Assembly: GCA_963731565.1 (NCBI GenBank)
Contig: CAVSWG010000001.1
Coordinates: 1,687,412-1,751,411 of the forward strand
Reading direction: 5' to 3'
Source of the DNA: an uncultured Solirubrobacterales bacterium
Lineage (GTDB): Bacteria > Actinomycetota > Thermoleophilia > Solirubrobacterales > Solirubrobacteraceae
Length of the DNA: 64,000 bases
The position numbers and the translations under genes were made by a program. This document shows positions 44,222 to 52,270 of the stretch, in pieces (position 1 is the first letter of the stretch; every line of letters starts with the position of its first letter). The notes beneath the pieces are model-generated. The model was not told the DNA's origin and searched no databases. It was given only the letters and a program-made list of their open reading frames with translations.

Positions 44222-44963
44222 CCACCTCCTGGCGGATCTGATCGTAGCCCTCGCGCTCCAAGCGCTCCACCAGCTCGACGCCTCCCTCGAGGACGATGCG
44301 GCCGTCCATCAGGATGTGCACGAACTGGGGCTTCACGTAATGCAGAATGCGCTGGTAGTGGGTGATGATCAGCGCGCCCAGACCCTGCTCATCGTGCAGG
44401 CGCTGCACACCCTCGGCGACAGTCCTCAGGGCGTCGATGTCGAGACCCGAATCGGTCTCATCGAGGATCGCCACGTCGGGGGACAGCATCGCCATCTGCA
44501 GGATCTCCGCCCGCTTCTTCTCGCCGCCGGAGAAGCCATCGTTGAGGTGTCTGGAGGTAAAGGCCCGGTCCACGTCGAGCAGCTCGATCGCGTGTTGCAA
44601 CTGCTGGCCGAACTCCTTGACCTTGATCGGCTCCTCGCGTTTCGCGTTGATCGCCATGCGCAGGAAGTTGGCCACCGACACGCCCGGGATCGACACGGGG
44701 TACTGGAAGGCCAGGAACAGCCCCGACTTGGCCCGCTCGTGCGGCTCGGCCTCGGTGATGTCCTCGCCCTTGAACACGACTTTGCCCTCAGTCACCTCAT
44801 ATGAGGGATGGCCGAGCAAAGTGTTGGCAAGCGTTGACTTGCCTGACCCGTTGGGTCCCATCAGGGCGTGGACCTCGCCCTTGTCGATCGTCAGGTTGAC
44901 GCCCCTCAAGATCTCGCGATCCTCGGTGCGCACGTGCAAGTTGATGATTTCGAGGTCAGCCAT
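44205..44963 (-). CDS. sufC: Fe-S cluster assembly ATPase SufC
   Basis: Has Walker A GPNGSGKST and an ABC signature. 252 aa. Confidence 0.95.
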   Translation of the reverse strand: MADLEIINLHVRTEDREILRGVNLTIDKGEVHALMGPNGSGKSTLANTLLGHPSYEVTEGKVVFKGEDITEAEPHERAKSGLFLAFQYPVSIPGVSVANFLRMAINAKREEPIKVKEFGQQLQHAIELLDVDRAFTSRHLNDGFSGGEKKRAEILQMAMLSPDVAILDETDSGLDIDALRTVAEGVQRLHDEQGLGALIITHYQRILHYVKPQFVHILMDGRIVLEGGVELVERLEREGYDQIRQEVGAGAA

Positions 44964-45018
44964 GGTTCCTTTGCTCTAAGCGGGGACGGGGACGGAAGCG
45001 ATCAAGAGGGGTACGGCG

Positions 45019-45561
45019 TCAGGCGGGAAGCGAGGGGAGGGGTGCCGATGCGGGTACGGGGGAGGAGGCCGGCACCAGGGTCGATTGGACGCGGCCAATG
45101 GAGTTCGTGAGCGCCTTGGCGGGCACGAGCAGGTCTGCGAGCGTGGTGTCCTGCAGCGTGCGCACGATCGAGCCGCGCACGCGCGTCCACAACAGCTTCG
45201 TCGGGCAGACATGGCCCGGATCGGACTCGCGCGAGCAAACGACGCTGCCGTCCGGTCCTTGGGAGATGCACTCGATCGGCGCGATCGAGCCCTCCAAGGC
45301 CTCGACCACCTCGGCCATCGTGATCTCCTCGGCGGGACGCGCCAGCAGATAGCCGCCACGCGAGCCCCTGCGGCTGTCGATCAGCCCCGCCTTGCGCAAG
45401 CGTGCCACGAGGTGCTCGAGGTAGGCAAGCGGCATCCCATCGTGCTCGGCGATCTCTGCCAGTGGCACCACCGACTCGGCGCCATCGACGCTCTCGCCGG
45501 CTCTGCGGGCCAACTCCACCATCACGCGCACGCCGTACTCGGCCTTTGTTGAGAACATCAT
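45019..45561 (-). CDS. Rrf2-family transcriptional regulator (IscR/SufR-like, three-Cys cluster ligands)
   Basis: Has MFSTKAEYGVRVMVELA and Cys ligands CISQGPDGSVVCSRESDPGHVC. It is the first gene of the suf operon. Confidence 0.85.
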   Translation of the reverse strand: MMFSTKAEYGVRVMVELARRAGESVDGAESVVPLAEIAEHDGMPLAYLEHLVARLRKAGLIDSRRGSRGGYLLARPAEEITMAEVVEALEGSIAPIECISQGPDGSVVCSRESDPGHVCPTKLLWTRVRGSIVRTLQDTTLADLLVPAKALTNSIGRVQSTLVPASSPVPASAPLPSLPA

Positions 45562-45567
45562 CGTCAA

Positions 45568-45591
45568 ATACCTACTTGAGAGCTAGGGTAT
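45568..45591. promoter_or_regulatory. imperfect palindrome immediately upstream of the rrf2 start
   Basis: ataccta-N9-tagggtat. Its location fits autoregulation by the Rrf2 protein. The match to known IscR sites is only approximate. Confidence 0.3.
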
Positions 45592-45673
45592 CAGCCCGGC
45601 ATCGTTGGCCCGCTCGAATCGGGCGCTGAGATCGAGGCCGGCACGGTCCCCGCGAGAGGGAGTTGTTGCGGGA

Positions 45674-46309
45674 TCAGCCGGCCTGAAGCAAGTGGATGTC
45701 GTGGGCGAGCCCTTCGGGCGTCATCTGTTCGAGCCCGAAGCCGACCCGCTCTAGGCCTTGGCGATCTATCAGCAGAACTGTGATCCTTGCTTCGGCGGCC
45801 GTGTCGTTGGCTTTGAGCGGCTCGATTCGGTAGGCCCGCCATACGGGTCGTAGCTGCGCTTGGGCTCCCGTCAGGTACTCGACGCGTCCTGTCAGTGATG
45901 TTTGTTCCAAGAGGTGCCCTACGCGCGCGTACGCGCGCGCGCGCAGGGCAGCGCTTTCGATGAACACCACCCTCACCCCTGATGCCGCTCCCAGTTCGTC
46001 GAGCGCGCCGCGCACTTGTTGGGCTACGAGCACACAGGTCCGGCAGTTGGGGGAGAGGAAGGCAAGGACTACCACCTGCCCGTGGTATGAGCTGAGGGAT
46101 ACCTTGCGCCCGTCTTGATCGGTGAGCGTGAAATCGGGAGCGTGTACTCCGGGTGGGAAGGCCGCTCCGTCGAAAGCGTCTTTCTGGTTGGCTGATTGGC
46201 CCGTGGGACTGGATGGGCCGTGGTGGTTGTCCAGGACGAGCACGAGGATGAGCCCGATTGCAAGCAGGGCTGACACGGTCGGCAGTACGAAGCGCAGTTG
46301 GGGACGCAC
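45674..46309 (-). CDS. membrane-anchored thioredoxin-fold protein (SCO/TlpA-like), CxxC
   Basis: 211 aa. Has an N-terminal TM helix, FTLTDQDGRKVSL and AFLSPNCRTC. Confidence 0.68.
   Translation of the reverse strand: MRPQLRFVLPTVSALLAIGLILVLVLDNHHGPSSPTGQSANQKDAFDGAAFPPGVHAPDFTLTDQDGRKVSLSSYHGQVVVLAFLSPNCRTCVLVAQQVRGALDELGAASGVRVVFIESAALRARAYARVGHLLEQTSLTGRVEYLTGAQAQLRPVWRAYRIEPLKANDTAAEARITVLLIDRQGLERVGFGLEQMTPEGLAHDIHLLQAG
45915..45950. repeat. (CG)n-core palindromic element copy inside the SCO/TlpA-like CDS
   Basis: tgccctacgcgcgcgtacgcgcgcgcgcgcagggca has tgccct/agggca arms. It encodes ALRARAYARVGH on the minus strand. Confidence 0.6.
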
Positions 46310-46402
46310 GGGGGGAGCCTAAGCGACCATTCAAATCTTGCCCCCACCCCGCTACACTTTGTAAAGTCCCATGAATCCCGACTGCAATTCAGGAGATTTC
46401 AG

Positions 46403-47584
46403 ATGAGCCCGTCAAGCGCGGACCTGCTGCGTCAGGTGAAGAGCGAAATCGACGAGATCGACCCTTCTCAGGTCAACGAGCTCCTGCAAGAGGGAGTCAC
46501 GATCATCGACGTGCGCGAGGCCGAGGAGCTCGTCTCCGGCCTGTTGCCCGGGGCCAAGCACGTTCCGCGCTCCTACTTGGAGACGCGCATCGAGGGGATC
46601 GTGCCCGACCGCTCGGCCCACATCATCCTCTACTGCGCTTCCGGCAATCGCTCCGCCTACGGCGCCCGCACCTTGCGCGACGACCTCGGCTATGAGCACG
46701 TAGAGTCGATGACCGGCGGCATTGCCCTCTGGAAGGACCGCGGCTATGAGGTGGACGTGCCGCGCACCCTTACGGCCGAACAGCGCGACCGCTACTCGCG
46801 CCACCTCCTGATCCCCGAGATCGGCACCGACGGCCAGCAGAAGCTGCTCGACGCCAAGGTCCTCCTGCTTGGCGCCGGTGGGCTCGGCTCGCCGACCGCC
46901 CTCTATCTGGCCGCGGCCGGCGTGGGGACGCTCGGGATCGTCGACGACGACGTGGTCGATCTGTCGAACCTGCAGCGCCAGGTGATCCACTCCACCCAGC
47001 GAGTCGGCATCCCCAAGGTCGATTCCGCTGAGGAGTCGATCCACGCGCTCAACCCCGACGTCAACGTCGTCAAGTACCCGGTGCGCTTGGACGCCTCCAA
47101 CATCATGGAGATCATCGAGGGCTACGACGTGATCGTCGACGGCGTCGACAATTTCCCCACGCGCTACCTGCTCAACGACGCCACCGTACGCCTCCAGATC
47201 CCGGTCGTCTCGGCCTCGATCCTCGGCTTCGATGGTCAGCTATCGGTGTTCAAGCCCTATGAGGGTCCTTGCTATCGCTGCCTGTTCCGCGAGCCCCCGC
47301 CCGCGGAGTTGGCGCCCTCCTGCGGCGCCAATGGCGTGCTCGGCGTGCTCCCGGGCACGATGGGGCTCCTACAGGCGACGGAGGTCGTGAAGCTGATCCT
47401 CGGCATCGGCGACCCCGCGATCGGGCGCTTGCTCTTGTACGACGCCTTGGCCGCCACCTTGACCGAGGTCAAGGTCCACCGCGACCCCGAGTGCCCGATC
47501 TGCTCACGTCCGCCGGAGGAGATCTCCGACGATGAGATGGGCGTCTTCCCAGACTATGAGGCATTCTGTGCGGCAGCAGGGTAG
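46403..47584 (+). CDS. moeZ: rhodanese-ThiF/MoeB fusion (MoeZ-like sulfur-carrier adenylyltransferase/sulfurtransferase)
   Basis: Has an N-terminal rhodanese domain with active-site CASGNRS, a ThiF domain (LLLGAGGLGSP), and zinc Cys pairs CYRC and CPIC. The ATG at 46403 is preceded by aggag. Confidence 0.88.
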   Translation: MSPSSADLLRQVKSEIDEIDPSQVNELLQEGVTIIDVREAEELVSGLLPGAKHVPRSYLETRIEGIVPDRSAHIILYCASGNRSAYGARTLRDDLGYEHVESMTGGIALWKDRGYEVDVPRTLTAEQRDRYSRHLLIPEIGTDGQQKLLDAKVLLLGAGGLGSPTALYLAAAGVGTLGIVDDDVVDLSNLQRQVIHSTQRVGIPKVDSAEESIHALNPDVNVVKYPVRLDASNIMEIIEGYDVIVDGVDNFPTRYLLNDATVRLQIPVVSASILGFDGQLSVFKPYEGPCYRCLFREPPPAELAPSCGANGVLGVLPGTMGLLQATEVVKLILGIGDPAIGRLLLYDALAATLTEVKVHRDPECPICSRPPEEISDDEMGVFPDYEAFCAAAG

Positions 47585-47597
47585 CCTTCCCCGCTCG

Positions 47598-47873
47598 ATG
47601 GCCAAGATCAAGATTCCACCGGTACTGCGCCCCTCTGTGGGCGGCGAGCGCGAGGTCTTTGCAAGCGGCGAGAACGTCGGTGAGATCCTGCGCGACCTCG
47701 CGGACAGCCATCCCGCCACAGCTACCCAGATCTTCGCCGAGGGTGGCGAGCTCAACCGCTACGTCAACGTCTACCTCAACGACGAGGACGTGCGGGTGCT
47801 TGATGGTCTGGATACCGCTGTGTCGGACGGCGACACAGTTGTGATTCTGCCGGCCATGGCCGGCGGCTGCTGA
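47598..47873 (+). CDS. cysO: CysO-type ubiquitin-fold sulfur carrier protein, C-terminus GGC
   Basis: 91 aa. IPPVLRPSVGGEREVFASG...RYVNVYLNDEDVRVL...DGDTVVILPAMAGGC closely follows the M. tuberculosis CysO pattern as I recall it, but carries one extra Cys after the GG. Confidence 0.82.
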   Translation: MAKIKIPPVLRPSVGGEREVFASGENVGEILRDLADSHPATATQIFAEGGELNRYVNVYLNDEDVRVLDGLDTAVSDGDTVVILPAMAGGC

Positions 47874-48060
47874 ACGTCCAACTTCTCGCCCGAGGCTAAA
47901 TATTCCGACCGGGTCCTCGTCCGCTTGCGAGGATCCACCCGCCTCAAGCTCAGCGCGAACGGTCAAAGCTCGGCCGCCCAGCAGGTGTCCTCGAGGCAAA
48001 GCCATCTTTAGTGGACGCAGACGGGCTCGGGCCGCGATGTAGCAGAGACAGACCGGGTCG

Positions 48061-49707
48061 TCAGGCAGCGACAGGCTGCGAGGTGTGCTCTATGTTGGCC
48101 ATGCCCGCCGGCGGTACATGACTCATCGCGTGCTCGGCGAGCGCGGTGATCGTGAGGCTAGGGTTGACGCCCACGTTGGCCGGTACTGCGGAGCCATCGC
48201 ACACGAGCAGGTTCTCGTAGCCGAAGACACGCTGGTGAGCGTCCACTACGCCGCTCTCGGCATCCGCGCCAATCACGGCTCCGCCGAGGATGTGGGCGGT
48301 GGTTGGAATGTTCAGCGCCGCCTCCGTGAACGAACTCTGTGCGATGCCGCCGGTGCGCTCGGCAAACCATTCGGCTGCCTTGTTTGCGACCGGGATGAAG
48401 GTTGGGATCGGACGCTCAGGGTCCTGTTCGGTGCTCAGCCACAGCGTTTTGAAAGGCCCTTGTTTGGGGCGCAGCGCGATCGCGTTGTCGAGCGTTTGCA
48501 TCACCAGGATGATGATTGTGCGCCGCGACCAGTTCTTGGGTCGCACAACCTGCACGAAGCGCTTGGGGTGGCGAATTATCTGGCCGAGCAGCTTCAGGGG
48601 ACGCGTAGCGCGTGTCCCATCGCCGGTGAGGAGCGTGTTCAAACGGCTCATGGAGTCACCATCGTTGCCGTAGGTGACGGTCTCGATGTGGGTGTGCGGG
48701 TCGGGATAGATGCTGGAGGTGATCGCCACCCGTTTGATCAAGTTCTCCGGATAGTCCTCAGGCACAGTGACCGCGAGGATCGCCTCGCTGTTGGTACGAA
48801 CCAGCTCACCCAATCGCGTCGAGATGCGCGGCAGGGAGCCGCCCAGGCGACAGCGCTGCAGCAATGTGTTCGTCCCGAGGGGGCCGGCTGAGACGACCAC
48901 GCCGCGCGCGCGCTGCACCTTGCGCTCCTTGCGCACCCAGGCTCCCGAGCGCACGCTTTCGACCTCATAGCCCTCGCTCCCGTCGCCCGGCCCAAGCGGG
49001 CGAATATCGATCACGGTCCGTTCCGGACTGACCTTCGCGCCGCGCTTTTCGGCCAGATACAGGTAGTTCTTCACAAGCGTGTTCTTCGAGCCATGGGGGC
49101 AACCAACCATGCAGCGCCCGCACAGCGCGCATCCGGTGCGGTCGGGGCCCTCGCCATCGAAGAAGGGGTCCGCCACCCGCTTGCCAGGCTCACCGAAGAA
49201 CACGCCTACGGGTGTCTTTTTGTAGGTGTCAGAGACACCGAGCTCCTCACCGAGCTCACGCAACAACTGGTCAGCGGGATCGTCGTGTGGGTTCATCGTG
49301 ACGCCGAGCATTCGCTGCGCCTCGTCGTAGTGAGGGGCAAGCTCCCTCTCCCAGTCGGCGATTCCCGACCACTGCGCGTCCTCGAAGAACGGCGTCGGCG
49401 GTACGTACAAGGTGTTGGCATAGCCAAGACTGCCTCCGCCGACCCCGCAGCCGCTGACGACGGACACGTCTTTGAAGGTGGTCAGCCTGAAGATGCCCTT
49501 CCAGCCGATCTTCGGCCGCCAGAAATAGCGCTTGTAGTCGCTCGTGGACTCAGGGAACTCGTGGTCGGCGAAACGTCGCCCACACTCGAGCACGCCGACC
49601 TTGTAACCCTTCTCCGACAGGCGCAACGCCGACACGCTCCCGCCGAAGCCCGAGCCGATCACCAACCAGTCGAAGTCGAAGTCTCCTGCCATCTCCGCCT
49701 TCAGCAT
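48061..49707 (-). CDS. GMC-family FAD oxidoreductase (cholesterol oxidase-like)
   Basis: 548 aa. Has DWLVIGSGFGGSV and a C-terminal GMC pattern (HILGGAVIG). Confidence 0.85.
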   Translation of the reverse strand: MLKAEMAGDFDFDWLVIGSGFGGSVSALRLSEKGYKVGVLECGRRFADHEFPESTSDYKRYFWRPKIGWKGIFRLTTFKDVSVVSGCGVGGGSLGYANTLYVPPTPFFEDAQWSGIADWERELAPHYDEAQRMLGVTMNPHDDPADQLLRELGEELGVSDTYKKTPVGVFFGEPGKRVADPFFDGEGPDRTGCALCGRCMVGCPHGSKNTLVKNYLYLAEKRGAKVSPERTVIDIRPLGPGDGSEGYEVESVRSGAWVRKERKVQRARGVVVSAGPLGTNTLLQRCRLGGSLPRISTRLGELVRTNSEAILAVTVPEDYPENLIKRVAITSSIYPDPHTHIETVTYGNDGDSMSRLNTLLTGDGTRATRPLKLLGQIIRHPKRFVQVVRPKNWSRRTIIILVMQTLDNAIALRPKQGPFKTLWLSTEQDPERPIPTFIPVANKAAEWFAERTGGIAQSSFTEAALNIPTTAHILGGAVIGADAESGVVDAHQRVFGYENLLVCDGSAVPANVGVNPSLTITALAEHAMSHVPPAGMANIEHTSQPVAA

Positions 49708-49755
49708 ATTCGCTTCTTGGCGCTTTGGCCAGACGCCGCTATATTCCGTGAAGTA

Positions 49756-50727
49756 ATGGCTGTCGAGCGGGTCGGTAACAAGCCCTGCGGGGGTCGCTAT
49801 GGCGACATCATCCAGTCGATCGGTAATACGCCGCTCGTGGAGCTTCCGCGGCTCTCGCCCAAGCCGGGCGTGCGCATCTGGGCCAAGCTCGAGTCGCGCA
49901 ACCCCACGGGCTCGGTCAAGGACCGCGTCGCACGCGCCTTGATTGACGACGCCGAGGCCCAGGGTGCGATCATGCCCGGCCAGACGATCCTCGAGCCCAC
50001 GTCCGGCAACACCGGCATCTCGCTCGGCATGATCTGCTCGCGCAAGGGCTATCGCCTGAAGGTGGTCATGCCCGAGAACGTCACTCCCGAGCGCACCCAG
50101 CTCTTGAAGATGTATGGCGCCGAGATCGTCTACTCCGAGGGCTCCAAGGGCTCAAACGGCGCGGTCGAGATGGCCTTGGACATGGCCGAGAAAGACTCCT
50201 CCTACTACATGCCTTACCAGTACGGCAACATCGCCAATCCCAACGCCCACTACAACGGCACGGCCTTGGAGATCCTCGAGGAGCTGGACGAGGTCTCGGC
50301 GTTTGTCGCTGGCCTGGGCACCGGCGGCACCCTGATGGGCAACGGTCGCCGCCTGAAGGAGACCTTCGGTGACGCCTGCAAGATCGTCGCAGCCGAGCCG
50401 ATGCAAGGCGAGCCTGTGCAGGGCCTACGCTCGCTGGACGATGGCTTCATCCCGCCGATCATCGACCTGTCCATCTTGGACCGCAAGATCTTCGTTACCA
50501 ACACCGACGCGATCCTATGGACGCGTAAGCTGCTTGACGAGGAGAGCGTGTTCGCTGGTGTCTCAAGCGGTGCAATCGCGCGCGTCGCGGTGCGCATCGC
50601 CGGCGAGCTCGACGAGGGCAATGTCGTCTTCGTTGTGGCCGACGACGGTTGGAAGTATCTGTCGAGTGGTATCTACACCCTGCCCATCGAGGAGATCGAG
50701 AACCTCGACTCAACCGTATGGTGGTGA
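49756..50727 (+). CDS. cysM: PLP-dependent cysteine synthase, CysM type
   Basis: Has IGNTPLVEL, the PLP-Lys motif NPTGSVKDR and GTGGT. Start set at the ATG at 49756. The upstream 221 codons of the track ORF are the antisense shadow of the GMC gene. Confidence 0.9.
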   Translation: MAVERVGNKPCGGRYGDIIQSIGNTPLVELPRLSPKPGVRIWAKLESRNPTGSVKDRVARALIDDAEAQGAIMPGQTILEPTSGNTGISLGMICSRKGYRLKVVMPENVTPERTQLLKMYGAEIVYSEGSKGSNGAVEMALDMAEKDSSYYMPYQYGNIANPNAHYNGTALEILEELDEVSAFVAGLGTGGTLMGNGRRLKETFGDACKIVAAEPMQGEPVQGLRSLDDGFIPPIIDLSILDRKIFVTNTDAILWTRKLLDEESVFAGVSSGAIARVAVRIAGELDEGNVVFVVADDGWKYLSSGIYTLPIEEIENLDSTVWW

Positions 50728-50828
50728 CCGTGCGCGCCATCGCCCCTGGCTCGGATGTGTCTGCTTGGTGGGGCGTGTCGGCTCTGTCGGTGGCGGGTTC
50801 CGAGCTGGGGTGTATGTTCTTCAAAATG

Positions 50829-50862
50829 GATGCCCCATGCGCGCGTGCGCGTGCAGGGCATC
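50829..50862. repeat. (CG)n-core palindromic element copy between cysM and mec
   Basis: gatgccccatgcgcgcgtgcgcgtgcagggcatc has gatgccc/gggcatc arms. Its left flank ttcaaaatg resembles the flanks of other copies. Confidence 0.6.
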
Positions 50863-50874
50863 GCTGAGAGAGGC

Positions 50875-51297
50875 ATGGACATCTCCCCCGAAATGCTTGA
50901 GGAGATCCTCGCTCATGCACGTGAGGAGGCCCCTAACGAGTGCTGTGGCGTAGTCGGGGTGGTCCCCGCTGCCGATGGTCAGCCAGCCCGGGCGATGCGC
51001 GTACGGCGTGCCCGCAACGTTCACGCGAGCCCCAAGCGTTTCGAGATCGACGGCAAAGACGTGATTCGAGCGATCGACGAGTTCGACGAGGCTGGCTGGG
51101 AGATCGGCGCGATCTACCACTCCCACACCCACACGGCTCCCTATCCGTCGCAGACCGACATCAACTTCGCCGCCCACTGGCCCGGCGTGGAGTGGATCAT
51201 CGTCGGGCTGGCGGATGCGAGCGCACCGGAGATACGCTCCTATTTGATCGAGGAAGGCACGGTCCGTGAGGTGGAGATCGCACAAATCGCCGTCTGA
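50875..51297 (+). CDS. mec: JAMM/MPN+ metalloprotease (Mec-type CysO hydrolase)
   Basis: Has the JAMM motif HSHTHTAPYPSQTD and the upstream Glu (EAPNECCGVV). About 140 aa from the ATG at 50875. Confidence 0.85.
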   Translation: MDISPEMLEEILAHAREEAPNECCGVVGVVPAADGQPARAMRVRRARNVHASPKRFEIDGKDVIRAIDEFDEAGWEIGAIYHSHTHTAPYPSQTDINFAAHWPGVEWIIVGLADASAPEIRSYLIEEGTVREVEIAQIAV

Positions 51298-51307
51298 GGA
51301 CGAGCGC

Positions 51308-51505
51308 GTGCACCTGGTCAAGGTGGCCTACGCGCGCAATCTCGCCGAGGCGGAACTGATCCAAGGACTTCTGCGCCAGGAGCAAATCCCCAGCATGCTC
51401 AAGCGCAACGGCGGCTTCGATGTTCCCGACTTCCTCTCGGCGGGGGCGCGCGACGTTTTGGTACCTGTCTCGCAGGCAGACAGGGCTCGGGAGTTGCTGG
51501 CGTAG
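51308..51505 (+). CDS. DUF2007-like small protein (putative signal-transducing fold)
   Basis: 65 aa from the GTG at 51308 (VHLVKVAYARNLAEAELIQGLLRQEQIPSMLK...). The family call is from memory. The start overlaps a partial (CG)n element at 51321-51337. Confidence 0.5.
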   Translation: MHLVKVAYARNLAEAELIQGLLRQEQIPSMLKRNGGFDVPDFLSAGARDVLVPVSQADRARELLA

Positions 51506-51518
51506 AGATCCTGTTGTT

Positions 51519-51615
51519 CCGGCCGGTACATGTACCGGCCGGCGGGCCGCACATGTGCGGCCCCGTTCCGAGTCGTGCATGCACGACTCGGCCACCCGGC
51601 GCATGCGCCGGGTGG
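51519..51615. repeat. four consecutive perfect palindromes (24, 20, 24 and 24 bp), each centred on CATG
   Basis: The four are 51519-51542 ccggccggtacatgtaccggccgg, 51544-51563 gggccgcacatgtgcggccc, 51568-51591 ccgagtcgtgcatgcacgactcgg, and 51592-51615 ccacccggcgcatgcgccgggtgg. I checked base by base that each is exactly self-complementary. Confidence 0.95.
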
Positions 51616-51625
51616 GCACGAAGAT

Positions 51626-52270
51626 CTAGACCAGGACCGGCTGGCCCATCGACTGGCTGGCCTCGCGCGTGATTGCCTCGATCTCTTCGGCGGCGCGCTC
51701 GAACTCGCCGTCGGAGAGCACCGGCGTGCCCTCGAAGGGCAGTTCGCGCTGGAGCTCAAGCCACGAGCTGCACACCCCATACTCGTCCTTGACCTTGACG
51801 GTCACCGGGCGGGGAATCCTGTAGGTGCGTAGCAGCAGTACATGCAGCGGGTGGCGCCGCTTCCATTCCAGGCGCTTCTCGGCGTAATCGGGCGTCCACA
51901 CGTAGAAAGGCGACAGCGCGTCTACGCAGCGCGGGTCGGAGATCGTGAAGTGCCCGGCTACTTCGGCCCACGCCCTGATCCGCACGCGCTCGGGCTGCTG
52001 GATACCGCCTTCCACGCTGAATGCCTGCACCGGCGGCTCGCCGTCGTTCCACACACCTTCCTCCAGAGCCCTGCGCAGCTCCGGCTGATGGGACTCGCGG
52101 ACCAGATCGTTGCGCTGATGATCGAACGTGGGGTACAGGAAGAAGCGGTCGTGCTCGAGCTTGAAGTGCTTTTCTGGCTCGCGGATTCCGCCCTTGCGCA
52201 GGGTGATCAGTTGCTCGCCTTCGGCGAGAGCGCGGACGGTGACCGCCCATTCCTTAAGAGCAATTGGCAT
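51626..52270 (-). CDS. DUF1802-family protein
   Basis: 214 aa. The N-terminus MPIALKEWAVTVRALAEGEQLITLRKGGI matches my recollection of DUF1802. Confidence 0.65.
   Translation of the reverse strand: MPIALKEWAVTVRALAEGEQLITLRKGGIREPEKHFKLEHDRFFLYPTFDHQRNDLVRESHQPELRRALEEGVWNDGEPPVQAFSVEGGIQQPERVRIRAWAEVAGHFTISDPRCVDALSPFYVWTPDYAEKRLEWKRRHPLHVLLLRTYRIPRPVTVKVKDEYGVCSSWLELQRELPFEGTPVLSDGEFERAAEEIEAITREASQSMGQPVLV

Noticed and set aside
49093-49755. Long N-terminal extension of the cysM ORF (track ORF 49093-50727, 544 aa).
   Set aside because: The first 221 codons lie exactly antisense to the GMC oxidoreductase gene and have no CysK/CysM similarity. The recognisable enzyme begins at the ATG at 49756, so the extension is a shadow frame.
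51519-51615. Possibility that the four palindromes are CRISPR repeats, IS terminal inverted repeats or a tRNA-like element.
   Set aside because: The four sequences differ from one another, so there is no repeated unit and no spacers. There is no transposase nearby and no cloverleaf can be drawn. I kept them as an unexplained palindrome cluster.
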